Virus record (IMG/VR): IMGVR_UViG_2802429253_000014
Coordinates: 1-30,769 of that record
Strand: one strand, 5' to 3'
Source of the DNA: a virus
Lineage: Duplodnaviria > Heunggongvirae > Uroviricota > Caudoviricetes
DNA: 30,769 bases
Made by a program: the position numbers and the translations under genes. The notes below the pieces were generated by a model. The model was not told where the DNA came from. It did no database searches and worked only from the letters and a program-made list of their open reading frames with translations. Of this stretch, positions 8,479-16,768 are shown piece after piece (positions within the stretch are counted from its first letter, which is position 1; the number at the start of each line of letters is the position of its first letter).

Positions 8479-9630
8479 TCACTCCATATTTTCATCTTCA
8501 TCTTCATTTTCATCTTCGTCGACAATATTTTCTGGAATGTCTTTCCCAAGCAACTTGTTTTTTACATATTCAATGCGTGCTTTAACTTTGGGTTTAGAGT
8601 TGCTGGCATCTGAACGTGTGTGCGTGATAAACTCTTTCGAGTTGATCCAGTCATCAATATTTTTAGGAACTAAATTGGGTTCTTCCTCTAGTGCTAATGT
8701 TGCACCGACGGCAAGAGCTTCGAAACGAATCCTAGGAACAGTGGTGGCGTTTTTCACCTTTCTGAAACCATTTGGGAAATGTGTATTAATGAATTGGCAC
8801 ATTTTATGAAATTTTTCCGCCAGCATAGCTGCGTTTTCATCTGTATATTCGGCATTTTTACGTTTTAAATAGGTTGTAAGAAATTCATCAACGCTTTTTC
8901 TGAAATCAAGATATTCTTCAGTGTAGGCAAAGTAGCGTAGTGCCAATTCTGGATATTCAGAGCGACGTTTTCTTGCATCTCCCAAAGGACAGATGCTATG
9001 AAATAGAGGATCTTCGGAAATTTCATTGATAAATGCAAGGAATGGCCCATCATGGCTACCTTGCCGTTGTTCCATTGTTGTTAGTTTTTTTCCGCCAGTA
9101 TTCAGACGGTCAAAAATTTCCCTTCTTGTCTCTTCGTCACAATGTTCTGTAAGTTCAATCATTCGAATAGTTTTTCTATCAAAACGTAGGCGACGGGGAG
9201 TACTGAAATCAGAATATTTAAAACCATTGGCTGTGACTAATTTCTGCAGGCCTTCAAGAGTTAGTTTGTTATTGGTAAATTGGTGTAGGGTTCTTATTCG
9301 TTGGCTACCGTCAACAATTTCAAGTCTACCTTCATTTTCACCTGAACCAATATCGGCAACGAATATGTAAGGTATAGGAAGATTTAAAAGCAGAGATTCA
9401 ATGAAACGGGATTTTTGCTTGTTGTTCCAGATAAACTCCCTTTGGTAGTCAGGTATAAAAAGCTCTGCCTCATCTTCTTCAAGACCATTCTGAAATTTGT
9501 CCACAATAACACTTATCGGGAACTCACGTATTTCATGGTCAGTGATTTTTTGCATTTCAACTATGCTTTGATCTAAAAGCTCCTTTTCTTCTTTAGTTTT
9601 TGGGGTATGTTCTGCTTTTTTTCTCGCCAT
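8479..9630 (-). CDS. DUF262 (ParB/Srx-like, GmrS-type N-terminal domain) protein with poly-acidic C-terminal tail
   Basis: 383 aa; IPDYQREFIW, VDGSQR and FDRLNTGGKKL match the DUF262 signature (IPxYQRxxxW / DGQQR / RLNxxG). No His-Me/HNH (DUF1524) motifs found. C-terminus VDEDENEDEDENME. Confidence 0.8.
   Translation of the reverse strand: MARKKAEHTPKTKEEKELLDQSIVEMQKITDHEIREFPISVIVDKFQNGLEEDEAELFIPDYQREFIWNNKQKSRFIESLLLNLPIPYIFVADIGSGENEGRLEIVDGSQRIRTLHQFTNNKLTLEGLQKLVTANGFKYSDFSTPRRLRFDRKTIRMIELTEHCDEETRREIFDRLNTGGKKLTTMEQRQGSHDGPFLAFINEISEDPLFHSICPLGDARKRRSEYPELALRYFAYTEEYLDFRKSVDEFLTTYLKRKNAEYTDENAAMLAEKFHKMCQFINTHFPNGFRKVKNATTVPRIRFEALAVGATLALEEEPNLVPKNIDDWINSKEFITHTRSDASNSKPKVKARIEYVKNKLLGKDIPENIVDEDENEDEDENME
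8482..8520. repeat. imperfect hexanucleotide tandem repeat (TTCATC-like) encoding the acidic tail
   Basis: Plus strand ttcatcttcatcttcattttcatcttcgtc; reverse complement encodes DEDENEDEDE. Confidence 0.6.
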
Positions 9631-9769
9631 GAGCTTATTATCCTACTATGCGTGTGATTGCATTAAATTGCATGTTAAACAAAAGCATAATCTATATCAG
9701 TCAATCAGCCAGTGGCAAGGTGTTGTGATTACAATGCAACTGCATTAGAACCGACTCATGAAGCGGGCG

Positions 9770-9788
9770 GGCGAGGCGGGGAAAGCAC
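9770..9788. other. cos: cos site (19-nt P2 cohesive end sequence GGCGAGGCGGGGAAAGCAC)
   Basis: Exact match to the P2 cohesive-end sequence as I recall it, located just upstream of Q as in P2. Confidence 0.65.
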
Positions 9789-9930
9789 TGCGCGCTGGCG
9801 GTGGTGCTGATTTTATTTTTTCAGCGTCTCAGCGCGTCGTAATGGCGTTTAGATTGTGCGCCGGGGCGCTGGTGTGTCTGCGGGCTGTTTTGCGCGGAGG
9901 TGAGCGTGTGAGGGCGTGCTGACGGGGTGT

Positions 9931-9952
9931 AAAAAAGCCGCCCGCAGGCGGC
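9931..9952 (-). terminator. rho-independent terminator after Q (end of the P-Q operon)
   Basis: On the minus strand, GC hairpin GCCGCC-TGCG-GGCGGC followed by TTTTTT, starting 6 nt after the Q stop. Confidence 0.6.
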
Positions 9953-9957
9953 GATGT

Positions 9958-10992
9958 TCAGCCGTTGTCAGTGTCCAGTGAGTAGTTTTTAAAGCGGATG
10001 ACCTCCTGACCGAGCCAGCCGTTTATTTCCCGAATCCTGTCCTGTAGCGGGATAAGTTCATTGCGGACAAAGACCTTTGCCACTTTCTCAATATCACCCA
10101 GAGACCCGACGTTTTCCGGCTTGCCGCCCATCAACTGAAAGGGGATGCGGTGCGCATCCAGCAGGTCAGCGGCGCTGGCTTTTTTGATATTAAAAAAATC
10201 GTCCTTCGTCGCCACTTCACTGAGCGGGATAATTTTAATTCCGTCGGCTTTCCCCTGCGGGGCATAGAGAAACAGATTTTTAAAGTTATTGCGGCCTTTC
10301 GACTTAACCATGTTTTCGCGAAGCATTTCGATATCGTTGCGATCCTGCACGGCATCGGTGACGTACATGATGTATCCGGCATGTGCGCCGTTTTCGTAAT
10401 ACTTGCGGCGGAACAGCGTGGCCGACTCATTCAGCCAGGCAGAGTTAAGGGCGCTGAGATATTCCGGCAGGCCGTACAGCTCCTGATTAATATCCGGCTC
10501 CAGCAGGTGAAATACGGAGCCGGGCGCGAAAGGTGTCGGCTCGTTGAAGGACGGCACCCACCAGTAAACATCCTCCTCCACGCCACGGCGGGTATATTTT
10601 GCCGGTGAGGTTTCCAGTCTGATGACCTTACCGGTGGTGCTGTAACGCTTTTCCAGAAACGCATTACCGAACACCAGAAAATCCAGCACAAAGCGGCTGA
10701 AATCCTGCTGGGAAAGCCACGGGTGCGGGATAAACGTTGAAGCCAGAATATTGCGTTTGACGTAAATCGGTGAGCTGTGATGCACGGCAGCACGCAGGCT
10801 TTTTGCCAGACCGGTAAAGCTGATTGGTGGCTCATACCATCTGCCGTTACTGATGCATTCGACGTAATCCAGAATGTCACGGCGGTCGAGTACCGGCACC
10901 GGCTCACCAAAGGTGAATGCCTCCATTTTCGGAGCGCTGGCGGTGATTGTTTTTTCCGCAGGTTGCGGTGTTTTCCCTTTTTTCTTGCTCAT
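9958..10992 (-). CDS. Q: portal protein
   Basis: 344 aa, near-identical to P2 gpQ by recall (MSKKKGKTPQPA...); start overlaps the P stop (ATGA). Confidence 0.9.
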   Translation of the reverse strand: MSKKKGKTPQPAEKTITASAPKMEAFTFGEPVPVLDRRDILDYVECISNGRWYEPPISFTGLAKSLRAAVHHSSPIYVKRNILASTFIPHPWLSQQDFSRFVLDFLVFGNAFLEKRYSTTGKVIRLETSPAKYTRRGVEEDVYWWVPSFNEPTPFAPGSVFHLLEPDINQELYGLPEYLSALNSAWLNESATLFRRKYYENGAHAGYIMYVTDAVQDRNDIEMLRENMVKSKGRNNFKNLFLYAPQGKADGIKIIPLSEVATKDDFFNIKKASAADLLDAHRIPFQLMGGKPENVGSLGDIEKVAKVFVRNELIPLQDRIREINGWLGQEVIRFKNYSLDTDNG

Positions 10993-12764
10993 CAGTAAAA
11001 CTCCAGAATGGTGGATGTCAGCGGGGTGCTGATACCGGCGGTGAGTGGCTCATTTAACAGGGCGTGCATGGTCGCCCAGGCGAGGTCGGCGTGGCTGGCT
11101 TCCTCGCTGCGACTGGCCTCATAGGTGGCGCTGCGTCCGCTGCTGGTCATGGTCTTGCGGATAGCCATAAACGAGCTGGTGATGTCGGTGGCGCTGACGT
11201 CATATTCCAGACAGCCACGGCGGATAACGTCTTTGGCCTTGAGCACCATTGCGGTTTTCATTTCCGGCGTGTAGCGGATATCGCGCGCGGCAGGATAGAA
11301 CGAGCGCACGAGCTGGAACACGCCGACACCGAGGCCGGTGGCATCAATTCCGATGTATTCGACGTTGTATTTTTCGGTGAGTTTGCGGATGGATTCAGCC
11401 TGAGTGGCAAAGTCCATGCCTTTCCACTGGTGACGCTCAAGTATTCTGAATTTGCCACCGGCCACCACCGGCGGTGCCAGCACCACGCATCCGGCGCTGT
11501 CGCCACGGTGTGACGGGTCGTAACCAATCCAGACCGGGCGGGAGCCGAACGGATTGGCGGCAAACGGCGCATAGTCTTCCCATTCTTCCAGCGTGTCGAC
11601 CATGCAGCGTTGCAGCTCCTCGAACGGGAACACCGACGCCTTGTCGTCAACAAATTCACACATGAACAGGTTTTTAAAATCGTCGGCGCTGTTTTCGCGT
11701 TTAAGCTGCTCAATGTCGAACAGCGTGCAGCCACCTTTCAGGGCGTCCTCAATGGTGACAATCTGCCGCCACTGGCCGTCCGCACAGAGAAGCCCACCGG
11801 CAAGGGCGTTATGACTGACGTCGATTTCCACGCGTTCGGCGGCGCTGGCGCGTCCCCGGTTGAACAGTTCACCTGACCAGAACGGGTAGGCGTCGTGCGC
11901 CAGCGTGGACGGGGTGGAGAAATAGGTCGAGCGCAGGTGACTCTGTGAGGCCATACCTGATGCCACCTTACGCAGTACCTGAAAATTCGGGATCCAGAAA
12001 ATCTCATCGACGTACAGGTCGCCGTTATGGCTCTGCGCGGTGTTGGAGTTGGTGCCGAGAAAAATCAGTTTTGCGCCGTTATTGCCCAGGACAATCGGGT
12101 CACCGGTAAGGTCAACGTCCACCAGACGGGCAAAGGCGATGATGTATTCGCGGAACACATACGCCTGCGTTTTACTGGCCGACAGAAAAATCTGGTTATG
12201 ACCGGTTTTCAGGGCGCGCAGCAGTGCCTCGCGGGAAAAATAAAACGTCGCGCCAATCTGGCGGGATTTCAGGATATCGCGGATGCGGTGCTCAAGCCCG
12301 GCGCGATACCAGTGCAACTGATAGTCGAAAGACTGCTCAAAGAAAATCTGCTCCAGCTTTTCGATGGCCTCGTCACTGAAAAAATTCTTTTTCGGTTTGC
12401 GACGCCCGCCTTTGTTGCGGTTAGCGACGTTCGGATTAAGGTCTGCCTCGTTGCCGGTCTGGCTGTAGCGGTTTACCCGTGCCAGTCGTTCAATCTGGCG
12501 TCCCAGCAGGTCAATTTCCTTGAAGTCACCGCCGGTTTTCTGCGGTTTGATGATGAGCTGGGTCAGCCGCGCTTCCAGGCTCATTTCGACACGGCTGATG
12601 GGGGCAACGCTGTCCCAGCCGTCGCGCTGTTTCCAGCTCTGCACCGTCGGGCGTTTCATCTGCAACATGGCGGCAATCTGCGGCACGGAAAACCCCTGCC
12701 AGTACAACAGCGCCGCCTGACGACGCGGGTCGTGTAAAAGAGTGGTGTCTGTGGTGATGGTCAT
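10992..12764 (-). CDS. P: terminase large (ATPase) subunit
   Basis: About 590 aa, near-identical to P2 gpP by recall (MTITTDTTLLHDPRRQAALLYWQGF...). Start at ATG 12762-12764 with GAGG Shine-Dalgarno; the ORF-track start at 12794 is a TTG. Confidence 0.9.
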   Translation of the reverse strand: MTITTDTTLLHDPRRQAALLYWQGFSVPQIAAMLQMKRPTVQSWKQRDGWDSVAPISRVEMSLEARLTQLIIKPQKTGGDFKEIDLLGRQIERLARVNRYSQTGNEADLNPNVANRNKGGRRKPKKNFFSDEAIEKLEQIFFEQSFDYQLHWYRAGLEHRIRDILKSRQIGATFYFSREALLRALKTGHNQIFLSASKTQAYVFREYIIAFARLVDVDLTGDPIVLGNNGAKLIFLGTNSNTAQSHNGDLYVDEIFWIPNFQVLRKVASGMASQSHLRSTYFSTPSTLAHDAYPFWSGELFNRGRASAAERVEIDVSHNALAGGLLCADGQWRQIVTIEDALKGGCTLFDIEQLKRENSADDFKNLFMCEFVDDKASVFPFEELQRCMVDTLEEWEDYAPFAANPFGSRPVWIGYDPSHRGDSAGCVVLAPPVVAGGKFRILERHQWKGMDFATQAESIRKLTEKYNVEYIGIDATGLGVGVFQLVRSFYPAARDIRYTPEMKTAMVLKAKDVIRRGCLEYDVSATDITSSFMAIRKTMTSSGRSATYEASRSEEASHADLAWATMHALLNEPLTAGISTPLTSTILEFY

Positions 12765-12937
12765 GAATACCTCGCCGTGATGAATACACGGCAAGGCTAC
12801 TGAGTCGCGCCCCGCGATTCGCTAAGGTGCTGTTGTGTCAGTGATAAGCCATCCGGGACTGATGGCGGAGGATGCGCATCGTCGGGAAACTGATGCCGAC
12901 ATGTGACTCCTCTAATCACTATTCAGGACTCCTGACA
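12765..12937. promoter_or_regulatory. divergent late promoter region (P and O operons), presumed Ogr-dependent
   Basis: Intergenic region between divergent P and O, as in P2. Contains CTGTTGTGTCA (12830-12840), also found upstream of FI. The TGT-N12-ACA Ogr consensus could not be matched exactly by eye. Confidence 0.4.
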
Positions 12938-13792
12938 ATGGCAAAAAAAGTCTCAAAATTCTTTCGTATCGGCGTTGAGGGTGACACCTGTGACGGGCGT
13001 GTCATCAGTGCGCAGGATATTCAGGAAATGGCCGAAACCTTTGACCCGCGAGTCTATGGTTGCCGTATTAACCTGGAACATCTGCGCGGCATCCTGCCTG
13101 ACGGCATTTTTAAACGTTATGGCGATGTGGCCGAACTGAAGGCCGAAAAGATTGACGATGATTCGGCGCTGAAAGGCAAATGGGCGCTGTTTGCGAAAAT
13201 CACCCCGACCGATGACCTTATCGCGATGAACAAGGCCGCGCAGAAGGTCTATACCTCAATGGAAATTCAGCCGAACTTTGCCAATACAGGCAAATGTTAT
13301 CTGGTGGGGCTGGCCGTCACCGATGACCCGGCAAGCCTCGGCACGGAATACCTGGAATTCTGCCGCACGGCAAAACACAACCCCCTGAACCGCTTCAAAT
13401 TAAGCCCTGAAAACCTGATTTCAGTGGCAACGCCTGTTGAGCTGGAATTTGAAGACCTGCCTGAAACCGTGTTCACCGCCCTGACCGAAAAGGTGAAATC
13501 CATTTTTGGCCGCAAACAGGCCAGCGATGACGCCCGTCTGAATGACGTGCATGAAGCGGTGACCGCTGTCGCTGAGCATGTGCAGGAAAAACTGAGCGCC
13601 ACTGAGCAGCGCCTTGCTGAGATGGAAACCGCCTTTTCCGCACTTAAGCAGGATGTGACTGACAGGGCGGATGAAACCAGTCAGGCATTCACCCGCCTGA
13701 AAAGCAGTCTCGACCACACCGAAAGTCTGACCCAGCAGCGCCGCAGCAAAGCCACCGGCGGTGGCGGTGACGCCCTGATGACGAACTGCTGA
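12938..13792 (+). CDS. O: capsid scaffolding protein
   Basis: 284 aa from ATG 12938 (MAKKVSKFFRIGVEGDTCDGR...), near-identical to P2 gpO by recall. Confidence 0.9.
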   Translation: MAKKVSKFFRIGVEGDTCDGRVISAQDIQEMAETFDPRVYGCRINLEHLRGILPDGIFKRYGDVAELKAEKIDDDSALKGKWALFAKITPTDDLIAMNKAAQKVYTSMEIQPNFANTGKCYLVGLAVTDDPASLGTEYLEFCRTAKHNPLNRFKLSPENLISVATPVELEFEDLPETVFTALTEKVKSIFGRKQASDDARLNDVHEAVTAVAEHVQEKLSATEQRLAEMETAFSALKQDVTDRADETSQAFTRLKSSLDHTESLTQQRRSKATGGGGDALMTNC

Positions 13793-13850
13793 CCGGCGTC
13801 AGTCAGTCCGGGAAAACCTTCACGATTAACCCTTAATTTCAGGAAAAACT

Positions 13851-14924
13851 ATGCGCCAGGAAACCCGCTTTAAATTTAATGCCTACCTGTCCCGTGTTGC
13901 CGAACTGAACGGCATCGACGCCGGTGATGTGTCGAAAAAATTCACCGTTGAACCGTCGGTCACCCAGACCCTGATGAACACCATGCAGGAGTCCTCTGAC
14001 TTTCTGACCCGCATCAACATTGTGCCGGTCAGCGAAATGAAAGGGGAAAAAATTGGTATTGGTGTCACCGGCTCCATCGCCAGCACCACCGACACCGCCG
14101 GTGGCACCGAGCGTCAGCCGAAGGACTTCTCGAAGCTGGCGTCAAACAAGTACGAATGCGACCAGATTAACTTCGATTTTTATATCCGCTACAAAACGCT
14201 GGACCTGTGGGCGCGTTATCAGGATTTCCAGCTCCGTATCCGTAACGCCATTATCAAACGCCAGTCCCTTGATTTCATCATGGCCGGTTTTAACGGCGTG
14301 AAGCGTGCCGAAACCTCTGACCGCAACAGTAATCCGATGTTGCAGGATGTGGCGGTCGGCTGGCTGCAGAAATACCGCAATGAAGCCCCGGCGCGCGTGA
14401 TGAGCAAGGTCACTGACGAGGAAGGCCGCACCACCTCTGAAGTCATCCGCGTGGGTAAGGGCGGTGATTATGCCAGCCTCGATGCACTGGTGATGGATGC
14501 GACCAACAACCTGATTGAGCCGTGGTATCAGGAAGACCCTGACCTTGTGGTGATTGTGGGGCGTCAGCTACTGGCGGACAAGTATTTTCCCATCGTTAAC
14601 AAAGAGCAGGACAACAGCGAAATGCTGGCCGCTGACGTCATCATCAGCCAGAAACGCATCGGTAACCTGCCGGCGGTACGCGTCCCGTACTTCCCGGCGG
14701 ATGCGATGCTCATCACGAAGCTGGAAAACCTGTCCATCTACTACATGGATGACAGCCATCGTCGCGTGATTGAGGAAAACCCGAAACTCGACCGCGTGGA
14801 GAACTACGAGTCAATGAACATTGATTACGTGGTGGAAGACTACGCCGCCGGTTGTCTGGTGGAAAAAATTAAGGTCGGTGATTTCTCCACACCGGCTAAA
14901 GCGACCGCAGAGCCGGGAGCGTAA
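13851..14924 (+). CDS. N: major capsid protein
   Basis: 357 aa, near-identical to P2 gpN by recall (MRQETRFKFNAYLSRVAELNGID...). Confidence 0.92.
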   Translation: MRQETRFKFNAYLSRVAELNGIDAGDVSKKFTVEPSVTQTLMNTMQESSDFLTRINIVPVSEMKGEKIGIGVTGSIASTTDTAGGTERQPKDFSKLASNKYECDQINFDFYIRYKTLDLWARYQDFQLRIRNAIIKRQSLDFIMAGFNGVKRAETSDRNSNPMLQDVAVGWLQKYRNEAPARVMSKVTDEEGRTTSEVIRVGKGGDYASLDALVMDATNNLIEPWYQEDPDLVVIVGRQLLADKYFPIVNKEQDNSEMLAADVIISQKRIGNLPAVRVPYFPADAMLITKLENLSIYYMDDSHRRVIEENPKLDRVENYESMNIDYVVEDYAAGCLVEKIKVGDFSTPAKATAEPGA

Positions 14925-14927
14925 CCG

Positions 14928-15671
14928 ATGACGAGTCCCGCACAGCGCCACATGATGCGGGTCTCGGCAGCGATGACCGCGCAGCGGGAAGCCGCCCCGC
15001 TGCGACATGCAACTGTCTATGAGCAGATGCTGGTTAAGCTCGCCGCAGACCAGCGCACACTGAAAGCGATTTATTCAAAAGAGCTGAAGGCCGCGAAAAA
15101 ACGCGAACTGCTGCCGTTCTGGTTGCCGTGGGTGAACGGCGTGCTGGAGCAGGGCAAAGGTGCACAGGATGACATTCTGATGACGGTCATGCTGTGGCGT
15201 CTGGATACCGGCGATATTGCCGGTGCGCTGGAGATTGCCCGTTATGCCCTGAAGTACGGTCTGACCATGCCGGGTAAACACCGCCGTACCCCGCCGTACA
15301 TGTTCACCGAGGAGGTAGCGCTTGCGGCCATGCGCGCTCACGCTGCCGGTGAGTCTGTGGATACCCGCCTGCTGACGGAGACCCTTGAACTGACCGCCAC
15401 GGCTGACATGCCTGATGAAGTGCGCGCAAAGCTGCACAAAATTACCGGTCTGTTTCTGCGTGACGCTGGTGATGCCGCCGGTGCGCTGGCGCACCTGCAA
15501 CGTGCGACACAGCTCGACTGCCAGGCAGGCGTCAAAAAAGAGATTGAACGACTGGAGCGGGAGCTGAAACCGAAGCCGGAGCCGCAGCCAAAAGCGGCCA
15601 CCCGCGCCCCGCGTAAGACCCGGAGCGTGACACCGGCAAAACGTGGACGCCCGAAAAAGAAAGCCAGTTAA
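14928..15671 (+). CDS. M: terminase small / endonuclease subunit
   Basis: 247 aa, P2 gpM position and sequence by recall; basic lysine/arginine-rich C-terminus. Confidence 0.88.
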   Translation: MTSPAQRHMMRVSAAMTAQREAAPLRHATVYEQMLVKLAADQRTLKAIYSKELKAAKKRELLPFWLPWVNGVLEQGKGAQDDILMTVMLWRLDTGDIAGALEIARYALKYGLTMPGKHRRTPPYMFTEEVALAAMRAHAAGESVDTRLLTETLELTATADMPDEVRAKLHKITGLFLRDAGDAAGALAHLQRATQLDCQAGVKKEIERLERELKPKPEPQPKAATRAPRKTRSVTPAKRGRPKKKAS

Positions 15672-15770
15672 CAACCGAATGCGCCCCGCGCCAGGGCGGC
15701 ACGCCGGTCAGTGACGGTGAATCACCTGACACTGCACCGGCGTCCACCGCCCGACTTTTCAGAGGTAGTC

Positions 15771-16280
15771 ATGATGACGCTGATTATTCCGCGAAAGGAG
15801 GCTCCCGTGTCCGGTGAGGGTACGGTGGTTATCCCGCAACCGGCAGGCGACGAGCCGGTGATTAAAAACACGTTCTTTTTTCCCGATATCGACCCGAAGC
15901 GCGTCCGGGAACGTATGCGCCTTGAGCAGACCGTCGCCCCCGCCCGTCTGCGTGAGGCCATCAAGTCAGGCATGGCTGAAACGAATGCGGAGCTGTACGA
16001 GTACCGCGAACAGAAAATTGCTGCCGGTTTTACGCGTCTGGCGGACGTTCCGGCGGACGACATCGACGGTGAAAGCATCAAGGTTTTTTACTACGAGCGC
16101 GCCGTGTGCGCGATGGCGACCGCGTCGCTTTATGAGCGTTATCGCGGCGTGGATGCCAGTGCGAAAGGCGACAAGAAGGCTGACAGCATTGACAGCACCA
16201 TTGATGAACTGTGGCGGGATATGCGCTGGGCGGTGGCGCGTATCCAGGACAAGCCGCGCTGCATCGTGAGTCAAATCTGA
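15771..16280 (+). CDS. L: head completion/stabilisation protein
   Basis: 169 aa from ATG 15771 (MMTLIIPRKEAPVSGEG...), P2 gpL by recall; the ORF-track start at 15711 is a GTG. Confidence 0.88.
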   Translation: MMTLIIPRKEAPVSGEGTVVIPQPAGDEPVIKNTFFFPDIDPKRVRERMRLEQTVAPARLREAIKSGMAETNAELYEYREQKIAAGFTRLADVPADDIDGESIKVFYYERAVCAMATASLYERYRGVDASAKGDKKADSIDSTIDELWRDMRWAVARIQDKPRCIVSQI

Positions 16281-16483
16281 TGAAGACCTTTGCGCTACAG
16301 GGCGACACGCTCGACGCCATTTGTGTCCGGTATTACGGGCGCACTGAGGGCGTGGTTGAGACCGTGCTCGCCGCAAATCCGGGACTGGCTGAACTGGGTG
16401 CGGTGCTGCCACACGGCACCGCCGTCGAACTGCCCGACGTTCAGACCGCGCCCGTGGCTGAAACTGTCAATCTTTGGGAGTAA
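16280..16483 (+). CDS. X: tail protein X
   Basis: 67 aa from ATG 16280, overlapping the L stop (TGATG); MKTFALQGDTLDAICVRYYG... equals P2 gpX by recall. Confidence 0.85.
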   Translation: MKTFALQGDTLDAICVRYYGRTEGVVETVLAANPGLAELGAVLPHGTAVELPDVQTAPVAETVNLWE

Positions 16484-16486
16484 CGC

Positions 16487-16768
16487 ATGACAGCAGAAGA
16501 AAAAAGCGTCCTGTCGCTTTTCATGATTGGGGTGCTGATTGTTGTCGGCAAGGTGCTTGCCGGTGGTGAACCCATCACCCCGCGTCTGTTTATCGGGCGC
16601 ATGTTGCTCGGTGGTTTTGTCTCGATGGTTGCCGGTGTTGTTCTGGTGCAGTTTCCTGACCTGTCACTGCCTGCGGTGTGCGGCATCGGCTCCATGCTGG
16701 GTATCGCCGGTTATCAGGTGATTGAGATTGCCATTCAGCGCCGCTTTAAGGGCAGGGGGAAACCGTAA
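16487..16768 (+). CDS. Y: holin
   Basis: 93 aa, hydrophobic helices, P2 gpY position. Confidence 0.85.
   Translation: MTAEEKSVLSLFMIGVLIVVGKVLAGGEPITPRLFIGRMLLGGFVSMVAGVVLVQFPDLSLPAVCGIGSMLGIAGYQVIEIAIQRRFKGRGKP

Noticed and set aside
8398-8809. Plus-strand ORFs 8398-8613 and 8453-8809 with FIFIFIF / SSSSSFSSSS runs
   Set aside because: These are the antisense reading of the acidic hexamer repeat and AT-rich 3' end of the DUF262 gene; low-complexity artefacts.
10131-12789. Many 60-240 codon ORFs on the strand opposite to, or out of frame with, Q and P (e.g. 10131-10430, 10150-10608, 10431-10910, 11064-11513, 11258-11734, 12027-12737, 12526-12789)
   Set aside because: They lie entirely inside well-conserved portal and terminase genes; their products are Arg/Ser/Pro-rich low-complexity peptides typical of shadow ORFs in GC-rich coding DNA.
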